A DNA stretch of 64,000 nt from Ignavibacteriales bacterium. GTDB taxonomy: Bacteria; Bacteroidota; Ignavibacteria; UBA10030. The stretch lies in the NCBI GenBank assembly GCA_016194505.1, contig JACQBK010000044.1:197-64196 (forward strand), given 5' to 3'. The notes below the pieces were generated by a model. The model had not been told where the DNA came from. It made no database searches and saw nothing but the letters and a program-made list of their open reading frames with translations. Positions 38,542 to 47,105 of this stretch are shown piece by piece (positions within the stretch are counted from its first letter, which is position 1; every line of letters starts with the position of its first letter). Both the position numbers and the translations under genes were made by a program.

Positions 38542-39312
38542 TGGAGTTACTCCGTTAAGAAGATATTTTTCTTAGAATATTTTCTTCCATCGCTTGAATG
38601 CCCTTACATCCTCAGCACTCAATTTAAAAAACTCACCTTTAATTCTCTTTTCTTTAAAACGATTATGCCAATATGCTTCGATTCCGGTCGGATCGTCTGT
38701 TTCAATAGCGTGGATACACCTAGGCGGTTCGGGTTAGAGTAATCCATTCTGTAATTCGGCTTTGCGTCTTTCAACATTATTTGTTTTACCAATTTTATAA
38801 TATTGACCTGATTCGAAAAGGTAAACCCACCCTTTACTTTGACCAATATTCAAATTATCGTCGTCAGTTTCAGTCTTTGAACTTCCAATAATCTCCCTAC
38901 AAATCTCAACTACATCGCTGTATCCTTTTTGAGTTGCATACTTGGATATTTCCAAAGCGGTATTTTTTTTATTACCAAACTGCTGCATTGTATTCTTGTT
39001 TGGAAAACCCCGATCAGTATTACATTTAACAGATAATTCGCCTGACGTAGGGTAATGACCAAGCTCTCGCATGAGGGCTATCCATTTATCGAAAAGGAAC
39101 TCTTCGTCATAGGCTTTTGGGCGAGTATTTGGTTTAAAACCAGCTTCACGTTGAGCATCACCAAATCTTGCCCAAAACTTTCCCCACTCATAAGGTCTTA
39201 TGCCTGTTTCCTTTTGGAACTTTCTCCTACCAAGAGGAACGCCACCGCTTTCTTTGGCAGTTCGGCGTATTGCATCAAGAATGTTTTCTTTGGTGGAATG
39301 ACTCATAGCCAA
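38542..39312 (-). pseudogene. T5orf172 / GIY-YIG-like domain protein interrupted by an in-frame TAA (nonsense) inside the conserved C-terminal domain
   Basis: The 192-aa ORF ends ..GWVYLFESGQYYKIGKTNNVERRKAELQNGLL* at ~38734. The same frame continues [53 protein letters not shown] to ~38542. Together these form a complete T5orf172-type domain. Confidence 0.6.
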
Positions 39313-39344
39313 TCTATGTGTGACACAAATGCTTTACTAATACA

Positions 39345-39978
39345 CATGCCGCTCCGTTAGGAGCGGGACTGTTTATAGAATCATCATAGTAAAATCACCA
39401 AGCCCCATCGGGGCGACCTGTGGATTCGTCTTCAAGCCAGTTGAAAAGATATTTTGTGTTGTACTCAACGGCAAAATCCTTTAGCATATTCAGGTATTCT
39501 TCTTTAAACGTCGCTTTCCGATGATGCTCCTCCTGATTCTGAATGTATTTTACCACCCGGTCAATCTCTGAATGCGAGTGAGAAAATGCACCAAATCCTT
39601 CCTGCCAATTAAATTTCCCACGAACCCATCTCTGCTCGTTTATGAATCCGGATGATCCAGCTTTAACATCTCTTACAAAGTCGGAAAGCGCGAGCGTTGG
39701 CTTCAGTCCGACAAAAACATGCATATGGTCGGGCTCGCAGTTGATACTAATGAGTTTCTGTCCGCGCTTTTTTACAATTCCCGTCGTGTATTTGCACAGT
39801 TCCTCTTTGTGCTGACGTGGGATCAAATTCTGCCTTCCCTGCACTGCAAAAACAATATGGACATAAACTTGTGTGTAGGTGTTAGCCATAGCGCCTTTGC
39901 TTACTTGACAGGCCGCTCCTACGGAGCTATCTCCTTTTTCCTTGATAATACTATAAACAGCTCGTCCCTATCGGGACT
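39345..39978. mobile_element. Compact IS200/IS605-family (or RAYT-type) element: single HUH tyrosine transposase gene flanked by subterminal hairpins and 18-bp imperfect inverted repeats
   Basis: An 18-mer tgatRaTWctataaacag lies in inverted orientation at 39369-39386 and 39942-39959. Hairpins ccgctcc-gtta-ggagcgg (39349-39366) and ggccgctcc-tac-ggagc (39910-39926) sit on the two sides. A further hairpin gtccc-tatc-gggac is at 39963-39976. Confidence 0.55.
39395..39889 (-). CDS. tnpA: IS200-like / RAYT-like Y1 HUH transposase TnpA, 164 aa
   Basis: MANTYTQVYVHIVFAVQGRQ N-terminus, HUH motif DHMHVFV, catalytic Tyr context VVKYIQNQEEHH. Typical transposase_17 family. Confidence 0.8.
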   Translation of the reverse strand: MANTYTQVYVHIVFAVQGRQNLIPRQHKEELCKYTTGIVKKRGQKLISINCEPDHMHVFVGLKPTLALSDFVRDVKAGSSGFINEQRWVRGKFNWQEGFGAFSHSHSEIDRVVKYIQNQEEHHRKATFKEEYLNMLKDFAVEYNTKYLFNWLEDESTGRPDGAW

Positions 39979-40041
39979 CAAAAACACATAGTGCACTGAT
40001 CCCTTAAACAACGCCGAGGAAATGTCAAATCTTCCCGCCTA

Positions 40042-41166
40042 CTACTCTTGAAGTACAATAGCTTCTTTCAAATCGAACACTAAGTTAGTTAAGACAAGAG
40101 GAAGATAGACGTTTTTATCAACAAGAGCAATGCTGTCTTCTACACGGCCTAACGCGGCGATAAGGTCGGCGTGCGGAAATTTTTGGACAAAGCTTTTCAA
40201 ATCTTTTGCATGGTCAACATTCATAAGCCCGGCTTCTCCCTGCTCGCGTAACACAAGCGCATCGCGCAACCAGACCTGCAATAATTTAAGCCATCGCTCA
40301 ACAGCGGAACGGTCACCCGAGGCGCTCATCCGCTCGATCTCCAACGAAAGCGGAATCTTTTGAGAACCTAACACCAATCGTAAAAATTGCACTACGCTCT
40401 GCCTCTCCGTTACCATATCAACGGAAAGCATTTCGCAAGCCCTTGTGTAACTTCCATAGGAAAGCCGTGCAGCCAATGCGGCTTGTTCGGGTTCGGCATT
40501 CAATCGGGCAACGAGAGCTTTACTGATTTCCTCTTCACTCAAAGGATCAAACTGAACAAGCTGGCATCGTGAAACAATGGTGGAAAGCAATTGCTCTTTC
40601 TGCGACGAAGTCAGGATGAGCACAGTCTCGGGAGGCGGTTCTTCCAATGTTTTCAACAATGAATTGCTTGCCTCGGCATTCATCATCTCGGCGTTGGAAA
40701 CAATGAAAATCTTTTTCCCTCCTTCAAAACCGGAGAGCGCGGCTTCGCGCCTCAGATTTCGGACGCTGTTGATTTTGATAAAATTCGATTTCGGGATTTC
40801 AATACGATGATAGGGATTTTCAGCCTTCAGGCGAATCTGTTCCCGCACGGTTTCAACTTGTTCTTGAGTAAGAACATCAATCGGATCATCGCCGGATTTT
40901 TCACTCTTCCCAACCGGCAACGAGAAAATAAGCTGAATATTCGGATGCTGAAGCACATCAACTTTTTTACAACTTGGGCACTCACCGCACGCTTCCGCTC
41001 CGCCCCGAACGCAATTTAAGACGCGGGCAAATTCGATAGCAAGCGCATCTTTTCCAACGCCTTCTGCTCCGTACAATAAATATGCATGCGCGATCGTTTT
41101 GCCGGCGATGGACCGCTTCAGCAATTCTTTAATGCGTTCTTGGCCTATGACTCTATCCCATCCCAT
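40042..41166 (-). CDS. holB: DNA polymerase III delta-prime subunit
   Basis: AAA+ clamp-loader fold with degenerate Walker A (YGAEGVGKDALA), Zn-module Cys (CGECPSCKK), SRC-like motif (STIVSRCQ). 374 aa. Confidence 0.85.
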   Translation of the reverse strand: MGWDRVIGQERIKELLKRSIAGKTIAHAYLLYGAEGVGKDALAIEFARVLNCVRGGAEACGECPSCKKVDVLQHPNIQLIFSLPVGKSEKSGDDPIDVLTQEQVETVREQIRLKAENPYHRIEIPKSNFIKINSVRNLRREAALSGFEGGKKIFIVSNAEMMNAEASNSLLKTLEEPPPETVLILTSSQKEQLLSTIVSRCQLVQFDPLSEEEISKALVARLNAEPEQAALAARLSYGSYTRACEMLSVDMVTERQSVVQFLRLVLGSQKIPLSLEIERMSASGDRSAVERWLKLLQVWLRDALVLREQGEAGLMNVDHAKDLKSFVQKFPHADLIAALGRVEDSIALVDKNVYLPLVLTNLVFDLKEAIVLQE

Positions 41167-41174
41167 ACACTACC

Positions 41175-43238
41175 CTAAAATGCGTGACCAATGCCAAAGT
41201 GCGGCACAAAATTCGAGAGCGTCTCCGTAAAAAATTTCCTTTGCGTAATCCATCGTCCATCAATTGGAGCGTCAGGATCATACACTCGAAATCCAAAATC
41301 TATCCGAATAGGACCCGCTACCGTATCGTAACGAATGCCGATACCTGCGGCCATGGCAACTTCATTCAAGCGAATATTTTTCACTTCTTTCCACACGTTG
41401 CCCATATCGTAGAACAAGACAAACGAAAATTTATTGAATTCAATAAATCCCCACCGCCCCGCATCTTTCAATAAATTCCATCGTGCTTCTAAGTTCCCCT
41501 CAAAGAGGGCATTACCCCCCTCACTTGCGGGATAGACAGCACCAAGCTCGCGCGCCTTCCATCCACGGACACTGCCACTGCCGCCTGCAAAAAATCTCCG
41601 GTTAATTGGTATTGGTGCGGGTGAATGACCGTACAATTCTGCAAAACCGCCCCGCAAGCGCAACGCCCATATCAATTTTCTTTGGCCGGATGGATCCCAG
41701 TACCATTGCCCCAGTCCGGAAACTTTTATATAACGAGAATACGGTAAATCAGAAATTCCACCGATTGCCGCGGGCAACAACCCCGCTTCTTCAATGGAGG
41801 TGGAATGTAAAAAACCCGCTGAGGGATAGAACACGTCATTGCGCTTATCGCGCTGCAATGTAACCGCGATGATCGAGTTAAACTGCGGGCGACGGTCAAT
41901 GCTTAATGAATCGAGAAACAGCGCACCCGTTTTCGCATCAATAGGCTCATAGCCAATGCGCTCCAGGTTCCAATCAATGGATGCAGTAGTATAGGTTGCC
42001 GTTTGCGATAGCACTCTCAAGCTTCCGCGCAGAATTGGATTAAAATAATATTTGTGCCGTTTATCCACCATGACGGAAAGCGAAGGAGTAAAGCTGGTTT
42101 TGTTATTCAAGAAATAAGGTTGCGTCATTTGCGCGGAAATTTCGGCATTGCCGATGACGCTGCTATCACGCAATCCCGTCCCTCCAAAGACGCGCTTGAA
42201 TTCCACATCTTGAATGGACTGTAATTGGACGCGGAAACGGGTAGAAAAATTTCTGGCTCCGCCGTAAAAATTCCTGTTATTGTACCCGATTCCCATTAAG
42301 ATATTAAATGCGTTGTTTTCATCGTTCACGCCGATTTCGGGCAGCAATTCCTGGAACGGACGAGACCTGACGAAAACTCGTGTAGGCACTTCCAACAAGC
42401 TATCGGTCTGGGAACCGACAACCGCCTCAATTCTGGAAGCTTCGAACACCCCAAGCCGGTTCAAATTGCGCTCACTATCAACCTTTTTCGACTCGTTGAA
42501 AAAATCGCCCCGTGCAAAATCGAGATGCCTGCGAATCACGTCATCCTCGACGCGCCCGACTGCGGTGGAATCTTGTTGAATGGCGATTATCCCAAACTGA
42601 TAACGCTTGCCGGGCGTGAAGGCGAACGAAAGCTTAATGTTGTTCGTCGAGGCGTAGCGCACTGGGAGAACGCTATCAACGCGCACGCCGACATAGCCGT
42701 TATTAAAGAACGCGTTCACAATGCGCGCTCGTTCCGCAACGACCCGATCCATAATAAACGGATCGCCCACTTTGACGAGAGGGTTTTGGGTAATCTCTTC
42801 CATAAGGTCGTTCGGCAAATCAGAAAAACCGAGAAGCTTGAGCGTATCAATCAAGGAACGCTTTCCCTCATCAATCCGAAATGTCAATTCGACACTTTTA
42901 TTGTTCAGATTGACTGCAATGGCAGTATCAATCTTGCAATTAAAAAAACCTTGATCCTGATAAAACGCCTGAAGGCGTATGTAGTCCGCCTCGAAGACAA
43001 TCGGATCGAAATACTCCGGCTTGTCGCCTAGTTTCTCGCTGATTTTATAAAGGAATTTCCAAATTCCGGAAGGGGTTTCACGCATTTGGAGCGTTGCAAT
43101 AAGCGCATCATCCCGCAATTCCTCATTCCCTTCGAAACGAATTTTCGCAACTTCCAATTCACGCCATGGAATTTGTGAATACGCTACGCTCCATACGCAC
43201 GCTATGATGCAACAAAAGATTATAAGTCGGTATTTCAT
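41175..43238 (-). CDS. Omp85-family outer-membrane protein (BamA/TamA-like; POTRA domains plus surface-antigen beta-barrel), 687 aa
   Basis: Signal peptide, POTRA-like IRFEGNEELRDDAL.., C-terminal 16-strand barrel ending ..FGIGHAF. Confidence 0.8.
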   Translation of the reverse strand: MKYRLIIFCCIIACVWSVAYSQIPWRELEVAKIRFEGNEELRDDALIATLQMRETPSGIWKFLYKISEKLGDKPEYFDPIVFEADYIRLQAFYQDQGFFNCKIDTAIAVNLNNKSVELTFRIDEGKRSLIDTLKLLGFSDLPNDLMEEITQNPLVKVGDPFIMDRVVAERARIVNAFFNNGYVGVRVDSVLPVRYASTNNIKLSFAFTPGKRYQFGIIAIQQDSTAVGRVEDDVIRRHLDFARGDFFNESKKVDSERNLNRLGVFEASRIEAVVGSQTDSLLEVPTRVFVRSRPFQELLPEIGVNDENNAFNILMGIGYNNRNFYGGARNFSTRFRVQLQSIQDVEFKRVFGGTGLRDSSVIGNAEISAQMTQPYFLNNKTSFTPSLSVMVDKRHKYYFNPILRGSLRVLSQTATYTTASIDWNLERIGYEPIDAKTGALFLDSLSIDRRPQFNSIIAVTLQRDKRNDVFYPSAGFLHSTSIEEAGLLPAAIGGISDLPYSRYIKVSGLGQWYWDPSGQRKLIWALRLRGGFAELYGHSPAPIPINRRFFAGGSGSVRGWKARELGAVYPASEGGNALFEGNLEARWNLLKDAGRWGFIEFNKFSFVLFYDMGNVWKEVKNIRLNEVAMAAGIGIRYDTVAGPIRIDFGFRVYDPDAPIDGRWITQRKFFTETLSNFVPHFGIGHAF

Positions 43239-43249
43239 TCGCTCGATTC

Positions 43250-43279
43250 AAAAAAAAACCCAGCCGAAGGTGCTGGGTT
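43250..43279 (-). terminator. Rho-independent terminator after the DUF2795-like gene
   Basis: On the minus strand the hairpin aacccagc-accttcg-gctgggtt is followed by T8-9. Confidence 0.75.
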
Positions 43280-43347
43280 AACTCTTATGCTATCCGCTCT
43301 TTCGCAAAGAACAAACTGTCCTTTGCACAAAAGCCGCGATCAGCAGT

Positions 43348-43382
43348 GAGCCAAAGGCTCACCCCTGCCTGCGGCAGGCAAG
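43348..43382. repeat. Palindromic repeat module: gagccaaaggctc hairpin plus cctgcctgcggcaggcaag palindrome
   Basis: The same two modules occur at 12635-12647 and in the other cctgcctgc..gcaggcagg sites. Confidence 0.55.
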
Positions 43383-43395
43383 CGCCTCTGGCGGA

Positions 43396-43620
43396 TTAGT
43401 ATTCTTTGTCGTCTTCAAAAAAGAAATCTTCATCGGTAGGATAGTCGGGCCAGATTTCTTCCATACTTTCGTATGGTTCCTCGCTATCCTCAAGTTCCTC
43501 AAGATTCTGGATGACTTCAATCGGTGTACCTGTTCGTACCGCGTAATCAATTAGTTCCTCTTTTGTGGCAGGCCATGGTGCATCGTCTAAATACGATGCC
43601 AGTTCGAGAGTCCAAATCAT
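43396..43620 (-). CDS. DUF2795-like small acidic protein (74 aa)
   Basis: ..YLDDAPWPATKEELIDYAVRTGTPIEVIQNLEEL..EPYESMEEI matches the DUF2795 pattern. Followed by a strong terminator. Confidence 0.5.
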   Translation of the reverse strand: MIWTLELASYLDDAPWPATKEELIDYAVRTGTPIEVIQNLEELEDSEEPYESMEEIWPDYPTDEDFFFEDDKEY

Positions 43621-43688
43621 CGTTACTCATCTCCTTCAAATCCCGTCATTTTAATTCCAATAATTAGATTGTAGAGCGCATCAATGGT

Positions 43689-44639
43689 TTAATCAAATAC
43701 AGCAAGCTGATTTTTGCTTTCCTTGAACGCTACGCTATCAAAGAAATAATCAACCGGGTTTTGAAGAACACCATGGAGCCGAATTTCATAATGTAAGTTG
43801 GGACCGCTCACTAAGCCGGTGCGCCCCGACCGTGCGATAAGGTCGCCGCGCTTTATCTGCTGCCCCGCCCGCACAAGAACATTACTCAAATGCGCATACA
43901 ACGAGGTGTAGCCATAGCCATGGTTAATGACAACCATAATGCCATAACCGGCTTCTGTACGCCCTGCCGATTGTACCACACCATCGCCGCTTGCATACAC
44001 CGCTGTGCCGACGTCGTTCGTTATGTCGAGTCCCTCATGAAACTTCATCACGCCGTAGACAGGATGCACCCTCATACCAAACCCATGGATAGAAAAATAT
44101 CCCTCCATCGGTTTGATTGCAGGAACGCAGGAGAACTTTATTTTATTCGCTTCATATCCATTCACAGCTTCTTTGTAACTCGCCTGTTGAAGTTGCAGCT
44201 CACGCTCAGCTTGTTCAACTGATGTGTTCAATTGCTGCAGCAATTTATTTACACCGCTGGAAACACCAAAATCAAATCGCGCATCCGTTCCGCCGAAACC
44301 GGCTTTTCTCGTATCCTCATCTATCTTTGGTAAATCTACGAGGAGACGAAGCTCATTACCTTGTTCGTTCAAGGCGATTAGTTTCTTTTCCAATCCTTGA
44401 AGTCTGCTTGCTATCGTCTTCAATTGACCTTTAAGAGCGAGATTTTCCGCGACGAGCACGCGGTTTCTTTGGAATCCTAATCCCACTGCATCATCAAAAA
44501 ACTGATTAAGCTCGAAGCCAAGAACCAACAGCACCATGCCCGCGATAATAGCCAAGGACGCAAACTTGGTTTTAAACCATCTCGCTTCGATGAAATTCAG
44601 AGAACTGTTTGAATAAAAATATAATTTAAATCTGCTCAT
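43689..44639 (-). CDS. M23 family metallopeptidase (EnvC/NlpD-like; N-terminal coiled coil, C-terminal LytM domain)
   Basis: HEGLDITNDVGTAVYASGDGVV ... HLHYEI zinc-binding motifs. N-terminal TM plus coiled coil. Confidence 0.85.
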   Translation of the reverse strand: MSRFKLYFYSNSSLNFIEARWFKTKFASLAIIAGMVLLVLGFELNQFFDDAVGLGFQRNRVLVAENLALKGQLKTIASRLQGLEKKLIALNEQGNELRLLVDLPKIDEDTRKAGFGGTDARFDFGVSSGVNKLLQQLNTSVEQAERELQLQQASYKEAVNGYEANKIKFSCVPAIKPMEGYFSIHGFGMRVHPVYGVMKFHEGLDITNDVGTAVYASGDGVVQSAGRTEAGYGIMVVINHGYGYTSLYAHLSNVLVRAGQQIKRGDLIARSGRTGLVSGPNLHYEIRLHGVLQNPVDYFFDSVAFKESKNQLAVFD

Positions 44640-44683
44640 TCAACTCTAGGTTTGTTTTTGTCCCTACAGATTTCGAGAAAGCG

Positions 44684-44710
44684 GTGTTTCAATTAGAAGA
44701 GGTGTTTCAT
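44684..44710 (-). promoter_or_regulatory. Direct repeat TGAAACACC-N9-TGAAACACC upstream of the M23 peptidase gene (candidate regulator binding site)
   Basis: Two exact 9-mers on the minus strand ~50 nt upstream of the ATG at 44639. Confidence 0.25.
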
Positions 44711-44769
44711 TAAAAAAGCTGTCCGAAAATAGGAAATTATTGAGGTTTTGTCAAGCAATTTGTCGCATG

Positions 44770-45777
44770 TTATTCAAAATCATGCTCAAAATAGTCAATA
44801 GCGCGTTTTCCTTTTGATTTTTCGGCTATTGCGGCATCAAGACGCTTGGAAAATTCCTTTGGCGCATCATATCCATAATGTCTCAAGAGATAATCAAGTG
44901 CAATAACCTCAACAATAACGGTTATATTTTTACCTGGGAAAATAGGCAACTTGACGTGGGGTATTTCAACATCAAGAATCGAGATGTTGCCGTGATCAAG
45001 CCCTGTGCGCGTATAATCAGCATCCTGTTTCCATTCTTGCAACTCAACCGCAATTTCCAAGCGCTTTTGGAACCGAATAGAGCGAATGCCAAAAATGGAA
45101 CGAATATCAATAAGCCCAAGCCCGCGAATTTCCATAAAATGCTTCACAACGTCGGTACCCGCACCGATAAGGATGCCTTCTCCCTTTCTGGTAATCATTA
45201 CAACATCATCTGCAACTAATCTGTGACCCCGCTCAACAAGGTCCAGTGCAATCTCACTTTTTCCTATGCCCGACCTTCCCGCCAACAGCACGCCAATCCC
45301 ATACACATCCATAAATGAGCCATGCAGAACAGTTTGCGGCGAAAACTGATCGTCCAGAAAATCGCTCAGAAAATATACCAGTTTTGTGGTTTCGAACTGT
45401 GATCTGAGCACGGCAACGCCCCGCTCCGTGGCAATACGGACCAACTCATCATCAATCTTATTGTCATTGGTGATGATAATACAGGGAATCTCAAACTTAA
45501 AAATTGTCTCGAACACTTTAATCCGTTCGGCAAGACTCAGATGGTGCAAGTACTTCATTTCCGTATTGCCGAAAACTTGAACGCGATCGTACGTAAAAAG
45601 CGCAACGTAGCCTGCGAGCGCAAGTCCGGGACGGTGAATATTCTTGTCGCGTATTTCCTTTTCAAAGCCCACCTCACCGTTGATACTGCTTAATTTCAGA
45701 CGGCTCTTGTTTCTCTCAAACAAAAATCCAACGGTAATGCTTTGCTTACGAGTTTCTTTTAAGTTTTCTAACCCCAT
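44770..45777 (-). CDS. hprK: HPr kinase/phosphorylase
   Basis: Walker A GRSGIGKSE and the conserved capping motif. 335 aa. Confidence 0.9.
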   Translation of the reverse strand: MGLENLKETRKQSITVGFLFERNKSRLKLSSINGEVGFEKEIRDKNIHRPGLALAGYVALFTYDRVQVFGNTEMKYLHHLSLAERIKVFETIFKFEIPCIIITNDNKIDDELVRIATERGVAVLRSQFETTKLVYFLSDFLDDQFSPQTVLHGSFMDVYGIGVLLAGRSGIGKSEIALDLVERGHRLVADDVVMITRKGEGILIGAGTDVVKHFMEIRGLGLIDIRSIFGIRSIRFQKRLEIAVELQEWKQDADYTRTGLDHGNISILDVEIPHVKLPIFPGKNITVIVEVIALDYLLRHYGYDAPKEFSKRLDAAIAEKSKGKRAIDYFEHDFE

Positions 45778-45797
45778 AGGAGTTACTCCGTTTGTGA

Positions 45798-46130
45798 TTA
45801 CTCTTTTTCGCGGATTTTCCGGACTTGTTTTCGGTCTTTTGCATGGAGTTTATCTTTATATTTCTTTAGCCGCACGCTCACCTTCGTTATTGCGCCATCA
45901 ATGGATTTGAAGAAATCATCCGTCCTTGCTACTCCCGTCAGCTTCGTTCCGTACACAGAAAGGATCACCTCGGCAACTTTGACGCTGTTGCGGGCTTTTT
46001 CAAAACTTAAAATAACATCGCCCTTAATGATCCCATCGTAATACCGTAAAAGTTTTTCCACAGAATCTTCAGCATATTCATTGAGCGAATCATGCGCTTT
46101 AAAATGTCGTGATGTTACTTTAATGTTCAT
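45798..46130 (-). CDS. hpf: Ribosome hibernation promoting factor / RaiA (short form)
   Basis: 110 aa with the MNIKVTSRHFKAHDSLNEYAEDSVEKL N-terminus typical of the YfiA/HPF family. Confidence 0.85.
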   Translation of the reverse strand: MNIKVTSRHFKAHDSLNEYAEDSVEKLLRYYDGIIKGDVILSFEKARNSVKVAEVILSVYGTKLTGVARTDDFFKSIDGAITKVSVRLKKYKDKLHAKDRKQVRKIREKE

Positions 46131-46173
46131 CGTTGTACTCCTTTTTGTATCCGATAGTGAACGGTAATAATCC

Positions 46174-47070
46174 CTATGCTTTGGGGTGAGCTTGCCGATA
46201 CACTTTTTTCATTTGTTCCGTTGATATGTGTGTATATACCTGCGTTGTCGAAAGGCTTTCATGTCCCAACAACTCTTTTACCGCTCGCAGGTCGGCTCCG
46301 TTGTTTAACAAATGAGTCGCAAACGAATGGCGAATGACATGCGGCGATTGTTTTTTAACTTCTGAAACTTTCCCTATATAACGTTTTACCATCCGAATAA
46401 CAGCTTGAGGATAAAACCTTCTACCGTCATCCATCACGAAGAGAGCAACTTGATCGCTTCCCGTTCGCTGTTTCTTCTGATGGATATGTCTATCAACAAG
46501 ATATTCCTTAAGCGCGGTAATGGCTTTTTTCCCTACGGGGAGAATCCTCTGCTTGCTCCCTTTACCGGTTACCTTGACTGTCGTATTGGCGAGATCAACG
46601 TCTAATAAATTAAGATTGATAAGCTCACTCAACCGTATGCCACTGCTATAAAAAAGCTCGAGTATGGCGGCATCGCGCCGTCCTTTCTCCGTCTCTCCAT
46701 CCAACGAATGAAACAACGCTTCCGTGCTTTTCTCATCTAAAAACGTCGGGAGGAGTTTTTCCAGCTTCGGAGAAACGAGTGTAAGCGTTGGGTTTGAGTC
46801 TGTGAGACCGCGCCTTTTTGTATAACGAAAAAACGACCGTAATGATGCAATTTTACGCGCAACGGTGCGCTTTGTAAAACCTTTCTGAAGAACCGAGCTT
46901 AAATACGAACGAAGGGTATCTTTATGAACTTTCTTGAGAGAACTGATTCTATGTTCTTTGAGGAACGAAAGGAAATCCGATAAATCCGTATCGTAGGCGA
47001 GGATCGTGTTCGAAGAATACTTGCGCTCGACCTCAAGATATTCGAGAAAATCCCTGACAATGTCGTTCAT
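46174..47070 (-). CDS. xerD: Tyrosine site-specific recombinase XerC/XerD
   Basis: N-terminal SAM-like domain (FLEYLEVERKYSSNTILAYDTDL). Catalytic R..HxxR..Y (..RHSFATHLL..., ..TQVYTHIS). Start at MNDIVRDF (~47070), not the upstream in-frame ATG. Confidence 0.85.
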   Translation of the reverse strand: MNDIVRDFLEYLEVERKYSSNTILAYDTDLSDFLSFLKEHRISSLKKVHKDTLRSYLSSVLQKGFTKRTVARKIASLRSFFRYTKRRGLTDSNPTLTLVSPKLEKLLPTFLDEKSTEALFHSLDGETEKGRRDAAILELFYSSGIRLSELINLNLLDVDLANTTVKVTGKGSKQRILPVGKKAITALKEYLVDRHIHQKKQRTGSDQVALFVMDDGRRFYPQAVIRMVKRYIGKVSEVKKQSPHVIRHSFATHLLNNGADLRAVKELLGHESLSTTQVYTHISTEQMKKVYRQAHPKA

Positions 47071-47105
47071 AACAGGAGCAAACCTCAGATTGAATAACGA
47101 CGAAG

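Noticed and set aside
38619-38846. 75-aa minus-strand ORF downstream of the T5orf172 N-terminal ORF
   Set aside because: Wrong frame. The biologically meaningful continuation is the in-frame segment after the TAA stop that completes the T5orf172 domain.
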